From assembly GCA_047150005.1 (NCBI GenBank), contig AP038806.1, positions 160,001 to 224,000 on the forward strand: a stretch of DNA of 64,000 nt. Reading direction: 5' to 3'. The stretch comes from Nitrospira sp. GTDB lineage: Bacteria > Nitrospirota > Nitrospiria > Nitrospirales > Nitrospiraceae. The notes under the pieces are model-generated. The model was not told the origin of the DNA and searched no databases. It worked only from the letters and a program-made list of their open reading frames with translations. Position numbers and translations under genes: made by a program. Of the stretch, positions 48,239 through 57,911 are shown in pieces. The first letter of the stretch is position 1. Each line of letters opens with the position of its first letter.

Positions 48239-48542
48239 GGATGCGCTGCGCGCGGGCTTTGGCCCGCTTCAAGGCGGTCAGCTTGCCGCGCGTGCGGTCG
48301 TCTTCATGCTGCAACTGTTCGAGCTGCGACTTGAGGTGAGCTTTCTCCTGGCGATGGAGGGTCGCGCACTCTTCCTTCGACAGTTGGATCCAATCTCCGC
48401 CGGTTCTGGCTCTCTTGATTCGCTGCTCTAACGATTCGCGAAGCTGTTTCGACCTCATGGACAACAGGGATTTCAACGCTTGACGGCGGCGCTGAACCTC
48501 TTCTTCTTCGGCCATGATTCCCCGGATATCTGTTCCCAACAT
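48201..48542 (-). CDS. Hypothetical coiled-coil protein
   Basis: AGGAGG RBS, charged heptad pattern. Confidence 0.65.
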   Translation of the reverse strand: MLGTDIRGIMAEEEEVQRRRQALKSLLSMRSKQLRESLEQRIKRARTGGDWIQLSKEECATLHRQEKAHLKSQLEQLQHEDDRTRGKLTALKRAKARAQRIRAAEAASGRKRR

Positions 48543-48653
48543 GGCTTCCTCCTCACCGCGACGAAATGGATGACGTGCCCGTCATTGTACCCGATTTGGA
48601 GGCTCGTCTGCCACTGCTGGATGGGCCGAAACGCCCTGAAATCCCGGTCTCTA

Positions 48654-48714
48654 CCTAGGAAATGGCCTAGGAGGCGCGGTTGCGGGAACCGGTCCATTTG
48701 AGTATGATTCCGCC
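48654..48714 (+). promoter_or_regulatory. Sigma70-type promoter for XRE gene with upstream CCTAGG x2 site
   Basis: TTGCGG(48680)-17 nt-TATGAT(48703)-6 nt-ATG(48715); CCTAGG at 48654 and 48666. Confidence 0.55.
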
Positions 48715-49170
48715 ATGGCGGTCGGCGCATATATTCAGGCCTGGAGAGCAGCCCGCGGCCACTCGCTCGAAGCCCTGGCCGCCGAAGCGCAAATCGACGC
48801 CTATGCCCTTGAAAAGATTGAGTCCGACGAGGTCGACCCCGGCCTCTCAACCCTGGAAGCCCTGGCGGAAGCGCTCAAGATTCCGGTGGCGTGGCTCTTT
48901 ACCCATCCCACCAGCTTCCAACATCTCTTTGCGGATGACGAGGGTGCAGAGGTTCCTCCCGGTGCGGACCCGGTAACCGAACGGATCCTCTCAGGCTCCC
49001 GCATGGACCGGTCCCTCTTCATCCTCTTGACGACCCTCATCCAAAGCGCGGAACCGAAGCTGCTCCGGGCCGCCGAGATGAGCCTGCGGAGCCTGGTCAA
49101 ACAGTCGAAGCAGGCGACAGTTCCCTGGCAAAACAGGCCTTCCGGACACTTTGAACCACCAAGCGACTAA
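48715..49170 (+). CDS. XRE-family HTH regulator
   Basis: IQAWRAARGHSLEALA...KIE...P.LSTL..LA.AL motif. Confidence 0.85.
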   Translation: MAVGAYIQAWRAARGHSLEALAAEAQIDAYALEKIESDEVDPGLSTLEALAEALKIPVAWLFTHPTSFQHLFADDEGAEVPPGADPVTERILSGSRMDRSLFILLTTLIQSAEPKLLRAAEMSLRSLVKQSKQATVPWQNRPSGHFEPPSD

Positions 49171-49175
49171 GAAGA

Positions 49176-49230
49176 CGAATGTTGAAGTTCGAAACTCGAA
49201 ATTCGAGCTTCGAATTTCGTATTTTCCGAT
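49176..49230. repeat. Short ~7-bp periodic TCGAA repeats forming a palindromic tract
   Basis: GTTCGAAACTCGAAATTCGAGCTTCGAATTTCG between convergent genes. Confidence 0.6.
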
Positions 49231-49231
49231 T

Positions 49232-50425
49232 CTATAGCACTTGCATGATGCAGCACTTCAAGTAGCGGGTCTCGGGCATTGAAGCAAGAATCGGATGGTC
49301 GTCCGCTTGTCCCCTCTGTGCCAGCAACCGCACCTCACGCCCGGCATCTCTGGCCGCCCCACGGATGGTCTGCCAGAAGTCCTGCTCCGACACATGGTGT
49401 GAACAGGAGCTCGAGACCAGGAACCCCTCCGGTTTCGTCAATCGTAGACCCAGAAGATTGACGTCCTTGTAGCCGGCCAGCGCTCGAGGCACCGCCTGCC
49501 GGCTTCTCGCAAACGCGGGCGGGTCCAGCAACACCAAATCGTAGCGGCGTCCCGACCGTTCCAGCCGGCGCATCTCTTCAAAGGCGTCGGCTTGCCGGTA
49601 CGTACACCGGTCCTCAACCTGGTTCAGGGCGGCATGACGTCGCGCGGAGGCAAGCGCCTCCTCCCCGACGTCTACCCCCTCCACGGAGGCGGCGCCGGCC
49701 AGCGCCGCATGGATGCCGAAGGCCCCGGTATGACAGAAGACCTCCAGCACGTCGGCCTTCAGCGCGAGCATGGCCGCTTCAAGGCGGTTTTGCCGTTGAT
49801 CGCAGAACCATCCGGTCTTCTGGCCGCGCGCGAAATCCACGACGAACCGGCCCCGCCCTTCATGCACCTCGACGGTCGTGGCTCCGCCGCCCTTGAGAAA
49901 TCCGGTCTCCACAGGCAATCCTTCGAGCGCCCGGCTTTTGGCGTCGTTCCGCAGGAAGACGCGCGTGGCTCCGCTCTCTTCGCACAACAGCTCAGCCAAC
50001 CGTTCCTTGCGCCGATCCATGCCGGCGGAGAGCGTTTGGAGCACCAGCACGTCTCCGTAGCGATCGGCGATCAGCCCGGGCAAAAAATCCGCTTCGCCGT
50101 AGATCAGCCGATAGGCATCCGTACCGGATACGAGCCGCTTCCGCAGCCGGACGGCTCTCGCGATCCGTTCTCGCCAGAATGCGTCATCGACCGGTTCATC
50201 CTGGAACGTGAGAATCCGTACGCGGATTTTCGAGGCGGGATTGTAGAGACCTCTCGCGTAGAACCGGCCGTCCGGCCGCACGACGTCGACGAGGTCACCA
50301 GCTGCGGCCTCGCCGCTTGCGGGTTGGACAAACCCGGCATAGATCCAATAGTGGCCGCCCTCCGATTGCTCGTGCCTCCGTGCGAGCATGAGTGTCGTCA
50401 CCGGCGGTTCGCGTGAAATCGTCAT
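49232..50425 (-). CDS. rlmI: RlmI/RlmK-like class I SAM rRNA methyltransferase
   Basis: PUA N-terminus, GQKTGWFCDQR, FCHTGAF, LDPPAF and PETRYLK motifs. Confidence 0.85.
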   Translation of the reverse strand: MTISREPPVTTLMLARRHEQSEGGHYWIYAGFVQPASGEAAAGDLVDVVRPDGRFYARGLYNPASKIRVRILTFQDEPVDDAFWRERIARAVRLRKRLVSGTDAYRLIYGEADFLPGLIADRYGDVLVLQTLSAGMDRRKERLAELLCEESGATRVFLRNDAKSRALEGLPVETGFLKGGGATTVEVHEGRGRFVVDFARGQKTGWFCDQRQNRLEAAMLALKADVLEVFCHTGAFGIHAALAGAASVEGVDVGEEALASARRHAALNQVEDRCTYRQADAFEEMRRLERSGRRYDLVLLDPPAFARSRQAVPRALAGYKDVNLLGLRLTKPEGFLVSSSCSHHVSEQDFWQTIRGAARDAGREVRLLAQRGQADDHPILASMPETRYLKCCIMQVL

Positions 50426-50565
50426 GACCTACTTATCGGACGGCGGGCGCGCCGCGTCAAGCCCTCGAGCGCCGACGTTCAACTTGACGATTGCCCGGCG
50501 CTATGGTTTCCTGCAGGCAGGCGCGCCAATTGTTCACGACACAACGCGTATCCGAGACACACGAC

Positions 50566-52221
50566 ATGAAAGACACAGCCACGATCGGCTCGACGGTGAT
50601 CGAGCGGTTGCACCAACTGGGCGTCCGCCACATCTTCGGCATTCCCGGCGACTACGTCTTGAGTCTGTACCAGTTGATCGAGCGGTCGCCTATTCGCCAC
50701 ATCGGCACGACCCGCGAGGATTCGGCCGGTTTTGCCGCTGACGCCTACGCGCGCATCAACGGCATCGGCGCCGCCTGCGTGACCTATTGTGTCGGCGGAC
50801 TGAACACCGTCAACGCCATCGCCTGCGCCTACGCCGAACGTTCGCCCGTCGTATTGCTGACCGGATCACCCGGTCTGTCCGAGCGGATCAAGATGCCCTA
50901 CATGCACCACCTGGTGCGCGAGTTCTCGACGCAACGCGATGTGTTCGAACGGATGACGGTGGCCGCCGTCTCGCTCGACGATCCGATCACGGCCGAGCGC
51001 GAAATGGATCGGGCCTTTTCGGCCCTGTTACGCTACCGCCGCCCCATTTATATTGAGATTCCCCGCGACCTGGTCCACACACCCCTGGCGACGCCGCTGA
51101 AGCCCCTGTGCCTGAACGATGAGCCCAGCGATCCCGGCGCGTTGGAGGAGGCCATCGGGGAGGTCAAAACCATGCTCGCCTCCGCAAATCGGCCGGCGAT
51201 TCTGGCCGGAGCCGAGATTGGACGCTTCGGACTTCAAGATCATCTGGCCCGCCTGGTCGAACGGCTCAACGTGCCCATCGCCTCGACTCTCTTGGGCAAG
51301 TCGATCATACGGGAAGACCATCCGCTGTACGTGGGGGTCTATGGAGGCTTGATCGCGCGCGACGAGGTCCAACGGTTCATCAACGATTCCGACTGCCTGC
51401 TGATTCTCGGGTCCATCCTCTCCGACATGGAAGGTCTCGACTCGCAGTCACCCTTGCTGTCCGAAGGACGGACCATCCATGCAACGGCCGATCGTGTATC
51501 GATCAGACATCACCGCTACGATTCGATCCGGTTCCAGGATTTCGTACAGGCCCTGAGTGTTCATCCCCTTCCAGGTTTTGCGTCCCGGCCGCTCCCTCCT
51601 CCCCTGCCGGTGGAGGATAAGCCGGTCGCGCCGAAGGAGCAGGTCTCGCTTCGCGGGCTGTTTCGGCATCTGGACAGCGTCCTCAATGCCAAGACCCTGA
51701 TCGTGGCGGACGTCGGCGAATCCCTGTTTGCGGCGGCGGATCTTCACGTGCACCGGAGATTCGAGTTCCTCTCTCCCGCCTATTACACGTCCATGGGATT
51801 TGCGGTACCGGCGGCGGTGGGAGCCTCGTTCGCCGACCCCCATGTCCGGCCCATCGTCCTCGTGGGGGACGGCGCCTTTCAGATGACCGGCACCGAACTC
51901 TCCACTGCGGTGCGCTACGGGCAGGTTCCGATTGTGATCGTGCTGAACAATCGAGGGTATTCGACGGAGCGGGAGATCCTGGACGGGCCCTTCAACGACG
52001 TGCATGAGTGGCAATATGAACGGATCTGCGATCTGATCGGCGGTGGGGTCGGGTCCCGGGTCCGGACCCAGGAGGAATTCGAACGGGCTTTGGCCGGCGC
52101 GCTGGCCGACACGAGCCGGCTCCACGTCCTCAATGTCCTCCTCGACCCGGCCGACCGCTCTCCCGGGATGGTGCGGCTCGCGCACCGGCTCGCCAAGCGT
52201 CTGTCGACCGATCGGCCCTAG
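50566..52221 (+). CDS. TPP-dependent alpha-keto acid decarboxylase (pyruvate/indolepyruvate decarboxylase family)
   Basis: FGIPGDY, AADAYAR, MHH and GDGAFQMTG...LNN motifs. Confidence 0.9.
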   Translation: MKDTATIGSTVIERLHQLGVRHIFGIPGDYVLSLYQLIERSPIRHIGTTREDSAGFAADAYARINGIGAACVTYCVGGLNTVNAIACAYAERSPVVLLTGSPGLSERIKMPYMHHLVREFSTQRDVFERMTVAAVSLDDPITAEREMDRAFSALLRYRRPIYIEIPRDLVHTPLATPLKPLCLNDEPSDPGALEEAIGEVKTMLASANRPAILAGAEIGRFGLQDHLARLVERLNVPIASTLLGKSIIREDHPLYVGVYGGLIARDEVQRFINDSDCLLILGSILSDMEGLDSQSPLLSEGRTIHATADRVSIRHHRYDSIRFQDFVQALSVHPLPGFASRPLPPPLPVEDKPVAPKEQVSLRGLFRHLDSVLNAKTLIVADVGESLFAAADLHVHRRFEFLSPAYYTSMGFAVPAAVGASFADPHVRPIVLVGDGAFQMTGTELSTAVRYGQVPIVIVLNNRGYSTEREILDGPFNDVHEWQYERICDLIGGGVGSRVRTQEEFERALAGALADTSRLHVLNVLLDPADRSPGMVRLAHRLAKRLSTDRP

Positions 52222-52485
52222 ACTCCCGGCGATCGGCTCTAGCCTGGCCCGGCGCCTGTATGTATGGTTCTTCCCTCACCCCTTCACTTTTTACTTCGTG
52301 TCCCTAACACGACCGCCCCACTTCTGGCCTGTCTCTTGATCGACCACGGGTGGCATACGGACTGCACAAGGTGACGGCCTCGACAGTCCAGGGAACCTTC
52401 GGATTGCCGCCTCGCGCCCCGAGGCCCTATGCATGGACTTCCCGGATGGCACCGGTTCACAACCCCCGGCAGCAAAGGTGTGGTC

Positions 52486-53730
52486 TTGTCGGACTTCTAC
52501 CAAAACGGCGTCGTCACGGTGCTCCACCGGCTGGGCCCCTCGAACGTGGCGCAGTTGGAACGGGAGCTGGCTCACCATGGGAGGGCCAATCCGATTGCAC
52601 TCGTCCTCCCCTGCCTCTATGCCGAACTCGCCAGGCCGGCTCTGCGTCACATCCTGGACACGCTCAACGAGCTGCCGTATCTCAATGAGATCGTGGTCTC
52701 GCTCGATCGGGCTTCGGCGCTGGAATTCCGTCTGGCCAAACAGTATTTTTCCGGGCTGCCTCAGCGCGTCCGCCTCATCTGGAACGACGGCCACCGCATC
52801 CAGTCACTGCTCAAGCTGTTCGTAGCCACGAATCTGGACATCGGCCACCAAGGAAAAGGGCGCGGCTGCTGGATGGCGTTCGGATACATCCTGGCCCGCA
52901 ACGAGAGCCAGGTCATCGCCCTGCACGACTGCGACATCGCCAGCTATAACCGGGAATATCTGGCGCGGCTCTGTTATCCGATCGCGAATCCCAACCTCAA
53001 CTATGAATTCTGCAAAGGATACTACAGCCGCGTGACCGACCGGTTGCACGGGCGAGTCACCCGCCTGTTCATCACGCCGCTCATCCGGAGCTTGCAACAG
53101 CTCGTGGGCCCTCACCCACTCCTGACGTTTCTGGACAGTTTCCGCTATCCCCTCGCGGGCGAGTTCGCCATGGTGCGCGACCTGGCCTGGACCAACCGCA
53201 TCCCGGGCGACTGGGGGCTGGAAGTCGGCGTCCTGGCGGAGGTCTATCGCAACTGCGCGCTGCGCCGCATCTGCCAGGCCGACATCGCGGACACCTACGA
53301 CCACAAGCATCAACCGCTCTCGGACGAAGATCCGGACGCCGGACTGCTCAAGATGTGCGTCGACATCACCAAGTCCCTGTTTCGGAACCTCGCCAGCGAA
53401 GGGGTCGTGCTCTCGGACGGCGTGCTGAAGACGCTGCGGGCGACCTATCTGCAGAGCGCGCAGGAGGCCATCAATCGGTACGAGAACGACGCGGCCATCA
53501 ACAGTCTGGCCTTCGACCGCCATGAAGAGCGGACCGCGGTGGAGGTGTTCCTCCAAGGCATGAAGCTCGCGACCGAAGGGTTTCTCGACGATCCGCTGGG
53601 TGTCCCCATGATTTCCAACTGGAGCCGTGTGACCCATGCCATCCCCGACGTCTTCGATCGCATGATCGAAGCGGTGGAGGAGGACCATGCGTGGGATCCC
53701 ACCGCCGAGCCGGCCGCCACACCCCGATGA
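52486..53730 (+). CDS. Glucosyl-3-phosphoglycerate synthase-like glycosyltransferase
   Basis: TTG start SDFYQNG..T.LH, GKGR, HDCDI, KGYY.R, GRVTRL, YPLAGE, WGLEVG and YDHKHQ motifs. Confidence 0.8.
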   Translation: MSDFYQNGVVTVLHRLGPSNVAQLERELAHHGRANPIALVLPCLYAELARPALRHILDTLNELPYLNEIVVSLDRASALEFRLAKQYFSGLPQRVRLIWNDGHRIQSLLKLFVATNLDIGHQGKGRGCWMAFGYILARNESQVIALHDCDIASYNREYLARLCYPIANPNLNYEFCKGYYSRVTDRLHGRVTRLFITPLIRSLQQLVGPHPLLTFLDSFRYPLAGEFAMVRDLAWTNRIPGDWGLEVGVLAEVYRNCALRRICQADIADTYDHKHQPLSDEDPDAGLLKMCVDITKSLFRNLASEGVVLSDGVLKTLRATYLQSAQEAINRYENDAAINSLAFDRHEERTAVEVFLQGMKLATEGFLDDPLGVPMISNWSRVTHAIPDVFDRMIEAVEEDHAWDPTAEPAATPR

Positions 53731-55070
53731 ACCGCGAACGCACCCCGCTTGCGCCGGCGACGGAAGCTCGCCTGCGAGAGATCGATTTCACCGACATTCT
53801 CGTCGGCATTCCCAGTTACAACAACGCCGCCACGGTCGGCCACGTCGTGCGCGCGGTCGGAGCCGGGCTGGCCAAGTATTTTCCCGCCGAGCGCGCGGTG
53901 CTCGTGAACGCCGACGGCGGCTCTTCCGACGACACCGCCGCCGTCGTGGCGCGGACGGCGGTGGACCATCGCCAGCTCTTGATTGCCGACCGGCAAAGCG
54001 TCCTCCACCGGATCGTGACGCCGTACCACGGCATCCCCGGTAAAGGCAGCGCGTTCCGAACCATCTTCGAAATCGCCCGGCGGCTGAACGCCCGGGCCTG
54101 CGCCGTCGTCGACGCCGATCTCCGGAGCATCTCTCCGGAATGGATCGAAATGCTCTTGCGCCCGACCGTGGAGGAAGGATTCGACTACGTCGCGCCGTTC
54201 TATCTGCGCCACAAGTACGACGGCACCATCACCAACAGCCTGGCCTATCCTCTCACCCGTGCGCTCTACGGCAAACGGCTCCGGCAGCCGATCGGCGGCG
54301 AGTTCGGATTCTCCGGCGCCCTGGCGGCTCACTATCTGGACCAGCATGTCTGGGAATCGGAAGTCGCCCGGTTCGGCATCGACATCTGGATGACCACGGA
54401 GGCGATCGCCTGCGGAGCCCGCGTGTGCCAGAGCTTCCTGGGCGCCAAGATCCACAATCCCAAGGATCCCGCATCGGATCTATCCGACATGTTGCGCCAG
54501 GTCGTCGGTTCGCTGTTCGCCTCTATGGAACGGCACGCGGCAGTCTGGTCCACCGTCAAGGGCTCGCACCCCGTGCCGCTCCTCGGCTTTCCCTACGAGG
54601 TCAGCGTGGAGCCGGTCCATGTGGACGTAGACCGCATGGTGTCTCATTTTCAGCAGGGGCTGGCCGACCTCGCGCCACTCTGGCAAGAGATTCTGAGCCC
54701 CGCCACGTTTGAGCACCTGATGGACCTGAACCGAGAAGGCCGGAACGCATGCCGGATTCCCGACGAACTGTGGAGCCGCATCGTCTTCGATGCAGCTGCG
54801 TCCTATCACCATCAGGTCCTGCCCCGCGAACACCTGCTGAAATGCCTGACGCCGCTCTATCTGGGCCGGACCGCATCCTTCGTGCTTGCGACGATGGGGT
54901 TGACGTCCGTGGAAGCGGAGCGTGCGATCGAACAGCTCTGCGTGACGTTCGAGAGCGGCAAACCCTATCTACTCAAGCGATGGGACGAGCACCAGGCGGA
55001 CCGGGCGGGCCGATCTGCGCTGACTCGGACGACTCCGGAGTCGGGAGGTCCTTATGAACGCCTTTATTGA
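53727..55070 (+). CDS. Glucosylglycerate/mannosylglycerate synthase-like GT2
   Basis: GIPSYNN, DGGSSD, GKGSA, DADL, RHKYDGTITN, RQPIGGEF and FGIDIW motifs. Confidence 0.8.
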   Translation: MNRERTPLAPATEARLREIDFTDILVGIPSYNNAATVGHVVRAVGAGLAKYFPAERAVLVNADGGSSDDTAAVVARTAVDHRQLLIADRQSVLHRIVTPYHGIPGKGSAFRTIFEIARRLNARACAVVDADLRSISPEWIEMLLRPTVEEGFDYVAPFYLRHKYDGTITNSLAYPLTRALYGKRLRQPIGGEFGFSGALAAHYLDQHVWESEVARFGIDIWMTTEAIACGARVCQSFLGAKIHNPKDPASDLSDMLRQVVGSLFASMERHAAVWSTVKGSHPVPLLGFPYEVSVEPVHVDVDRMVSHFQQGLADLAPLWQEILSPATFEHLMDLNREGRNACRIPDELWSRIVFDAAASYHHQVLPREHLLKCLTPLYLGRTASFVLATMGLTSVEAERAIEQLCVTFESGKPYLLKRWDEHQADRAGRSALTRTTPESGGPYERLY

Positions 55071-55758
55071 GCAAGCCCTGATGGCTCCGTTGGAGCTGCT
55101 GGCCGGCTATGCTGCGGCTATTTTCCCCAACCTCATCGCGATGGGGATCCTCTTGCTGAGCGGCCTGTTGCTCGCCCGCCTCGTGAGCCTCATCGCCGAG
55201 CGGCTGCTGCGTGTCCTCGGCTTCGATCACCTGTGCAACCGGCTCGGCGTCACGTCGGCGCTGTTGCGTGCCGGCGTCAAGACAGACCCTTCGCACCTGA
55301 TCGGCAGCGGCCTCCACTGGACCGTCGTCCTCGTGACCAGCGTGGCGGCCGTCAGCGCGCTCAACCTGGCTCCCGTCAATCAAGTCGCCCAATCGCTCCT
55401 GGCCTATGTGCCCCGCCTGATTGCGGCCGGCATCATCTTATTAGCCGGATACGTCGCCTCGAATTTCGTGTCCCAGGCCATCTTGATCGCCGCCGTCAAT
55501 GCTGGGCTGGCGCCGGCCCGGCTGCTTGCGACCTGCTCTCGTTGGGGACTTCAACTGCTCGCCGCGGCCATGGCGCTCGAGCAGCTGGGCATCGCCGAAC
55601 AGATCGTCGTGGTGGGATTCGGCATTACCTGGGGCGGCCTGGTCTTGGCGGCGGCCATTGCGTTCGGGTTCGGCGCGACGGACCTCGCCAAGGCCTTGTT
55701 GGAGAAAAAGGTGCTTCCCACGAGAACGGACATGCCGGATGACCTGCGCCACTGGTAA
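55054..55758 (+). CDS. Mechanosensitive-channel TM-helix (CmpX-like) membrane protein
   Basis: Repeated P(N/R)LIA-A TM motif, ALEQLGI and AIAFGFG. Confidence 0.75.
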   Translation: MNAFIEQALMAPLELLAGYAAAIFPNLIAMGILLLSGLLLARLVSLIAERLLRVLGFDHLCNRLGVTSALLRAGVKTDPSHLIGSGLHWTVVLVTSVAAVSALNLAPVNQVAQSLLAYVPRLIAAGIILLAGYVASNFVSQAILIAAVNAGLAPARLLATCSRWGLQLLAAAMALEQLGIAEQIVVVGFGITWGGLVLAAAIAFGFGATDLAKALLEKKVLPTRTDMPDDLRHW

Positions 55759-55782
55759 TCAACCACGCAACCTGGATCTACG

Positions 55783-56667
55783 ATGATATCGAGCCTCAGC
55801 CACGACAGTTCCGACACCCTTTTGGAGCGACCGGTGACGCATTTCGTCCTCTTCACCGATCTCGACGGCTCCCTGCTGGACGGCATGACCTATTCCTTTC
55901 AGCCGGCGATCCAGGCCCTGCGCGAAGTCCGCGCCCGCGGCATCCCTCTGGTGCTGGTATCGAGCAAGACGCGCGCTGAAATGGAGCCCCTCCGCAAACG
56001 GCTCGACCATCGGGATCCGTTCATCGTCGAGAACGGCGCGGCCGTCTTCATTCCGCAGGGTCGTTTCGATTTTCCGATCGAACGGACACGCAAACGCTCC
56101 GCCTACGATGTCATCGAGCTCGGACTGCCTTACCACATGCTGCGCGACGTGCTGAAGCAGATTGAGGAGGCGGTGGAAACCCCGCTCCGTGGCTTCGGCG
56201 ACCTCTCGGTCCACGAGATCATGAGGGTGACGGGCCTGTCGCAGACCGACGCGGAGTTGGCCAAGCAACGCGAATACGACGAGCCCTACCTGATCGAAGG
56301 CCCGGCCACCCTTGTGGCGGAAGTCTGCCGGCAGATCATCACGCGGGGGCTGCATTGGACCAAAGGGGGGCGGCTTTTTCACCTGACGGGACAGAACGAC
56401 AAGGGGCAGGCGGCGGCGCTGCTGCTCCGCTGCTATCAGCGGCAGTTCCGGCTGCAGGAAGGCCAGGCCCGCGTCGAGACGATCGGCATCGGCGACAGCA
56501 TCAATGACGCGCCGCTCCTGAGCATGGTGGACCATCCCGTGCTGGTGCAGCGGATGGACGGCACGTATGACCCGGATGTGCATGTGCCCGGCATGATTCG
56601 CGCCGACGGCATCGGCCCGGTGGGATGGAACAGGGCGGTGTTAGAACTTCTCGAACGCCATTCCTAA
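55783..56667 (+). CDS. Mannosyl/glucosyl-3-phosphoglycerate phosphatase (HAD-IIB)
   Basis: FTDLDGSLLD, SSKTRAE, ENG, REYDEP, GGR, DKG and GDSIND motifs. Confidence 0.88.
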   Translation: MISSLSHDSSDTLLERPVTHFVLFTDLDGSLLDGMTYSFQPAIQALREVRARGIPLVLVSSKTRAEMEPLRKRLDHRDPFIVENGAAVFIPQGRFDFPIERTRKRSAYDVIELGLPYHMLRDVLKQIEEAVETPLRGFGDLSVHEIMRVTGLSQTDAELAKQREYDEPYLIEGPATLVAEVCRQIITRGLHWTKGGRLFHLTGQNDKGQAAALLLRCYQRQFRLQEGQARVETIGIGDSINDAPLLSMVDHPVLVQRMDGTYDPDVHVPGMIRADGIGPVGWNRAVLELLERHS

Positions 56668-56673
56668 CGTAGG

Positions 56674-56877
56674 TCAGCCCGATTTCTTCGACGCGAACAC
56701 GGTGGCGTCGCAGGCCACGTACTTGATCTGCTTCATCGGAATGATCACGACTTCCTTCGCGGAATCGACCTCCAGCACTTCCATGTCGTCGCTGATCGTG
56801 TGCCGGATCGCATCCTTGACGACCAACTCTTGGTTATCCACAAACACCACCTTCACCCAATACTGCACGATCGCCAC
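56674..56877 (-). CDS. Small hypothetical protein
   Basis: 67-aa beta-rich ORF following proC. Confidence 0.6.
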   Translation of the reverse strand: MAIVQYWVKVVFVDNQELVVKDAIRHTISDDMEVLEVDSAKEVVIIPMKQIKYVACDATVFASKKSG

Positions 56878-56943
56878 CTCCCATGCTGTCCAACACGTCG
56901 CCTGCCTGCACCGACGGGCCGCCGCGAATCGCGGCTCCGTCGC

Positions 56944-57774
56944 TCACTGATTCTCGAAGCCCAGCTCCGCCGATCGTTTCGCCGCCGCCTCGACCGCCGA
57001 CGTCACGGTAGCGCGAAAACATCCCAGTTCCAACGCGTGAATGCCCGCGATCGTGGTCCCGCCCGGCGATGCGACACGGTCTTTCAGTATGCCGGGGTGC
57101 TCGCCGGATGCCAGCAACAGCCGTGCGGCGCCGACCACCGTTTGCGCGGCCAGCAGCTGAGCCGTGTGGCGAGGGAGCCCCATCTTCACCCCCCCGTCCG
57201 CCAGGGCCTCGATCATGACATAGACATAGGCCGGCCCGCTCCCGCTGAGTCCGGTCACGGCATCCAGGAGCCGTTCCGGCACCGCCACGACGTGTCCGAT
57301 CGTTTCGAACAGCGAGCGGGCCGTCGCCAACTCGTCGGCCGGCACGTCCTCGTCGCAGGCGATGGCCGTGACGCCCTCCCGAATCGCGGACGGCGTGTTG
57401 GGCATGGCGCGGACGATCTTTTTCCGTTTCATGCCGCGCAGATGGCGGGCGATGCGCGCGATGGGATAGCCTGCAGCCACCGAGACGATCGAGGTCTTGT
57501 CCGGGACGGCATCGGCGATCTCCGTCAGAACACGGTCGAGCACCTGCGGCTCCACGGCCAGCACGAGCATATCGGCGCCCTCGGCGGCTTCAGCGTTCTC
57601 GGCTGTGGTCGCGACGTGGTATGTCCCGCTGATGACGTCGCGCGCGACCGGATCGACGTCCGAGGCGATCAGATGCGAGGGAAGGACCAGTTTCGCGTGG
57701 AGCAGACCAGCAATGAGGGATTGGGTCATGTTCCCCGCACCGATGAATCCGACTCTCGCGGTGTGCCGCAGCAT
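56944..57774 (-). CDS. proC: Pyrroline-5-carboxylate reductase
   Basis: GFIGAGNM, RAMPNTP, TGLSGSGPAY and SPGGTT motifs; start MLRHT at 57774. Confidence 0.95.
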   Translation of the reverse strand: MLRHTARVGFIGAGNMTQSLIAGLLHAKLVLPSHLIASDVDPVARDVISGTYHVATTAENAEAAEGADMLVLAVEPQVLDRVLTEIADAVPDKTSIVSVAAGYPIARIARHLRGMKRKKIVRAMPNTPSAIREGVTAIACDEDVPADELATARSLFETIGHVVAVPERLLDAVTGLSGSGPAYVYVMIEALADGGVKMGLPRHTAQLLAAQTVVGAARLLLASGEHPGILKDRVASPGGTTIAGIHALELGCFRATVTSAVEAAAKRSAELGFENQ

Positions 57775-57911
57775 GCGGCGATTATACTGACGCCTTTCCG
57801 ACCCTTGCAACTTAGGTGGTAAACGGGAATGACACGCTTCAGTGCTCCTAATGACCACCGACCCACGACAGCAACTTGCAAGGACGGCGTCTCGTTGGAT
57901 ACAGTAGGCCT
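57775..57911. promoter_or_regulatory. Back-to-back sigma70-like promoters
   Basis: Minus: TTGCAA(57810)-18-TATAAT(57786)-6-ATG(57774). Plus: TTGCAA(57876)-18-TACAGT(57900)-6-ATG(57912). Confidence 0.6.
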
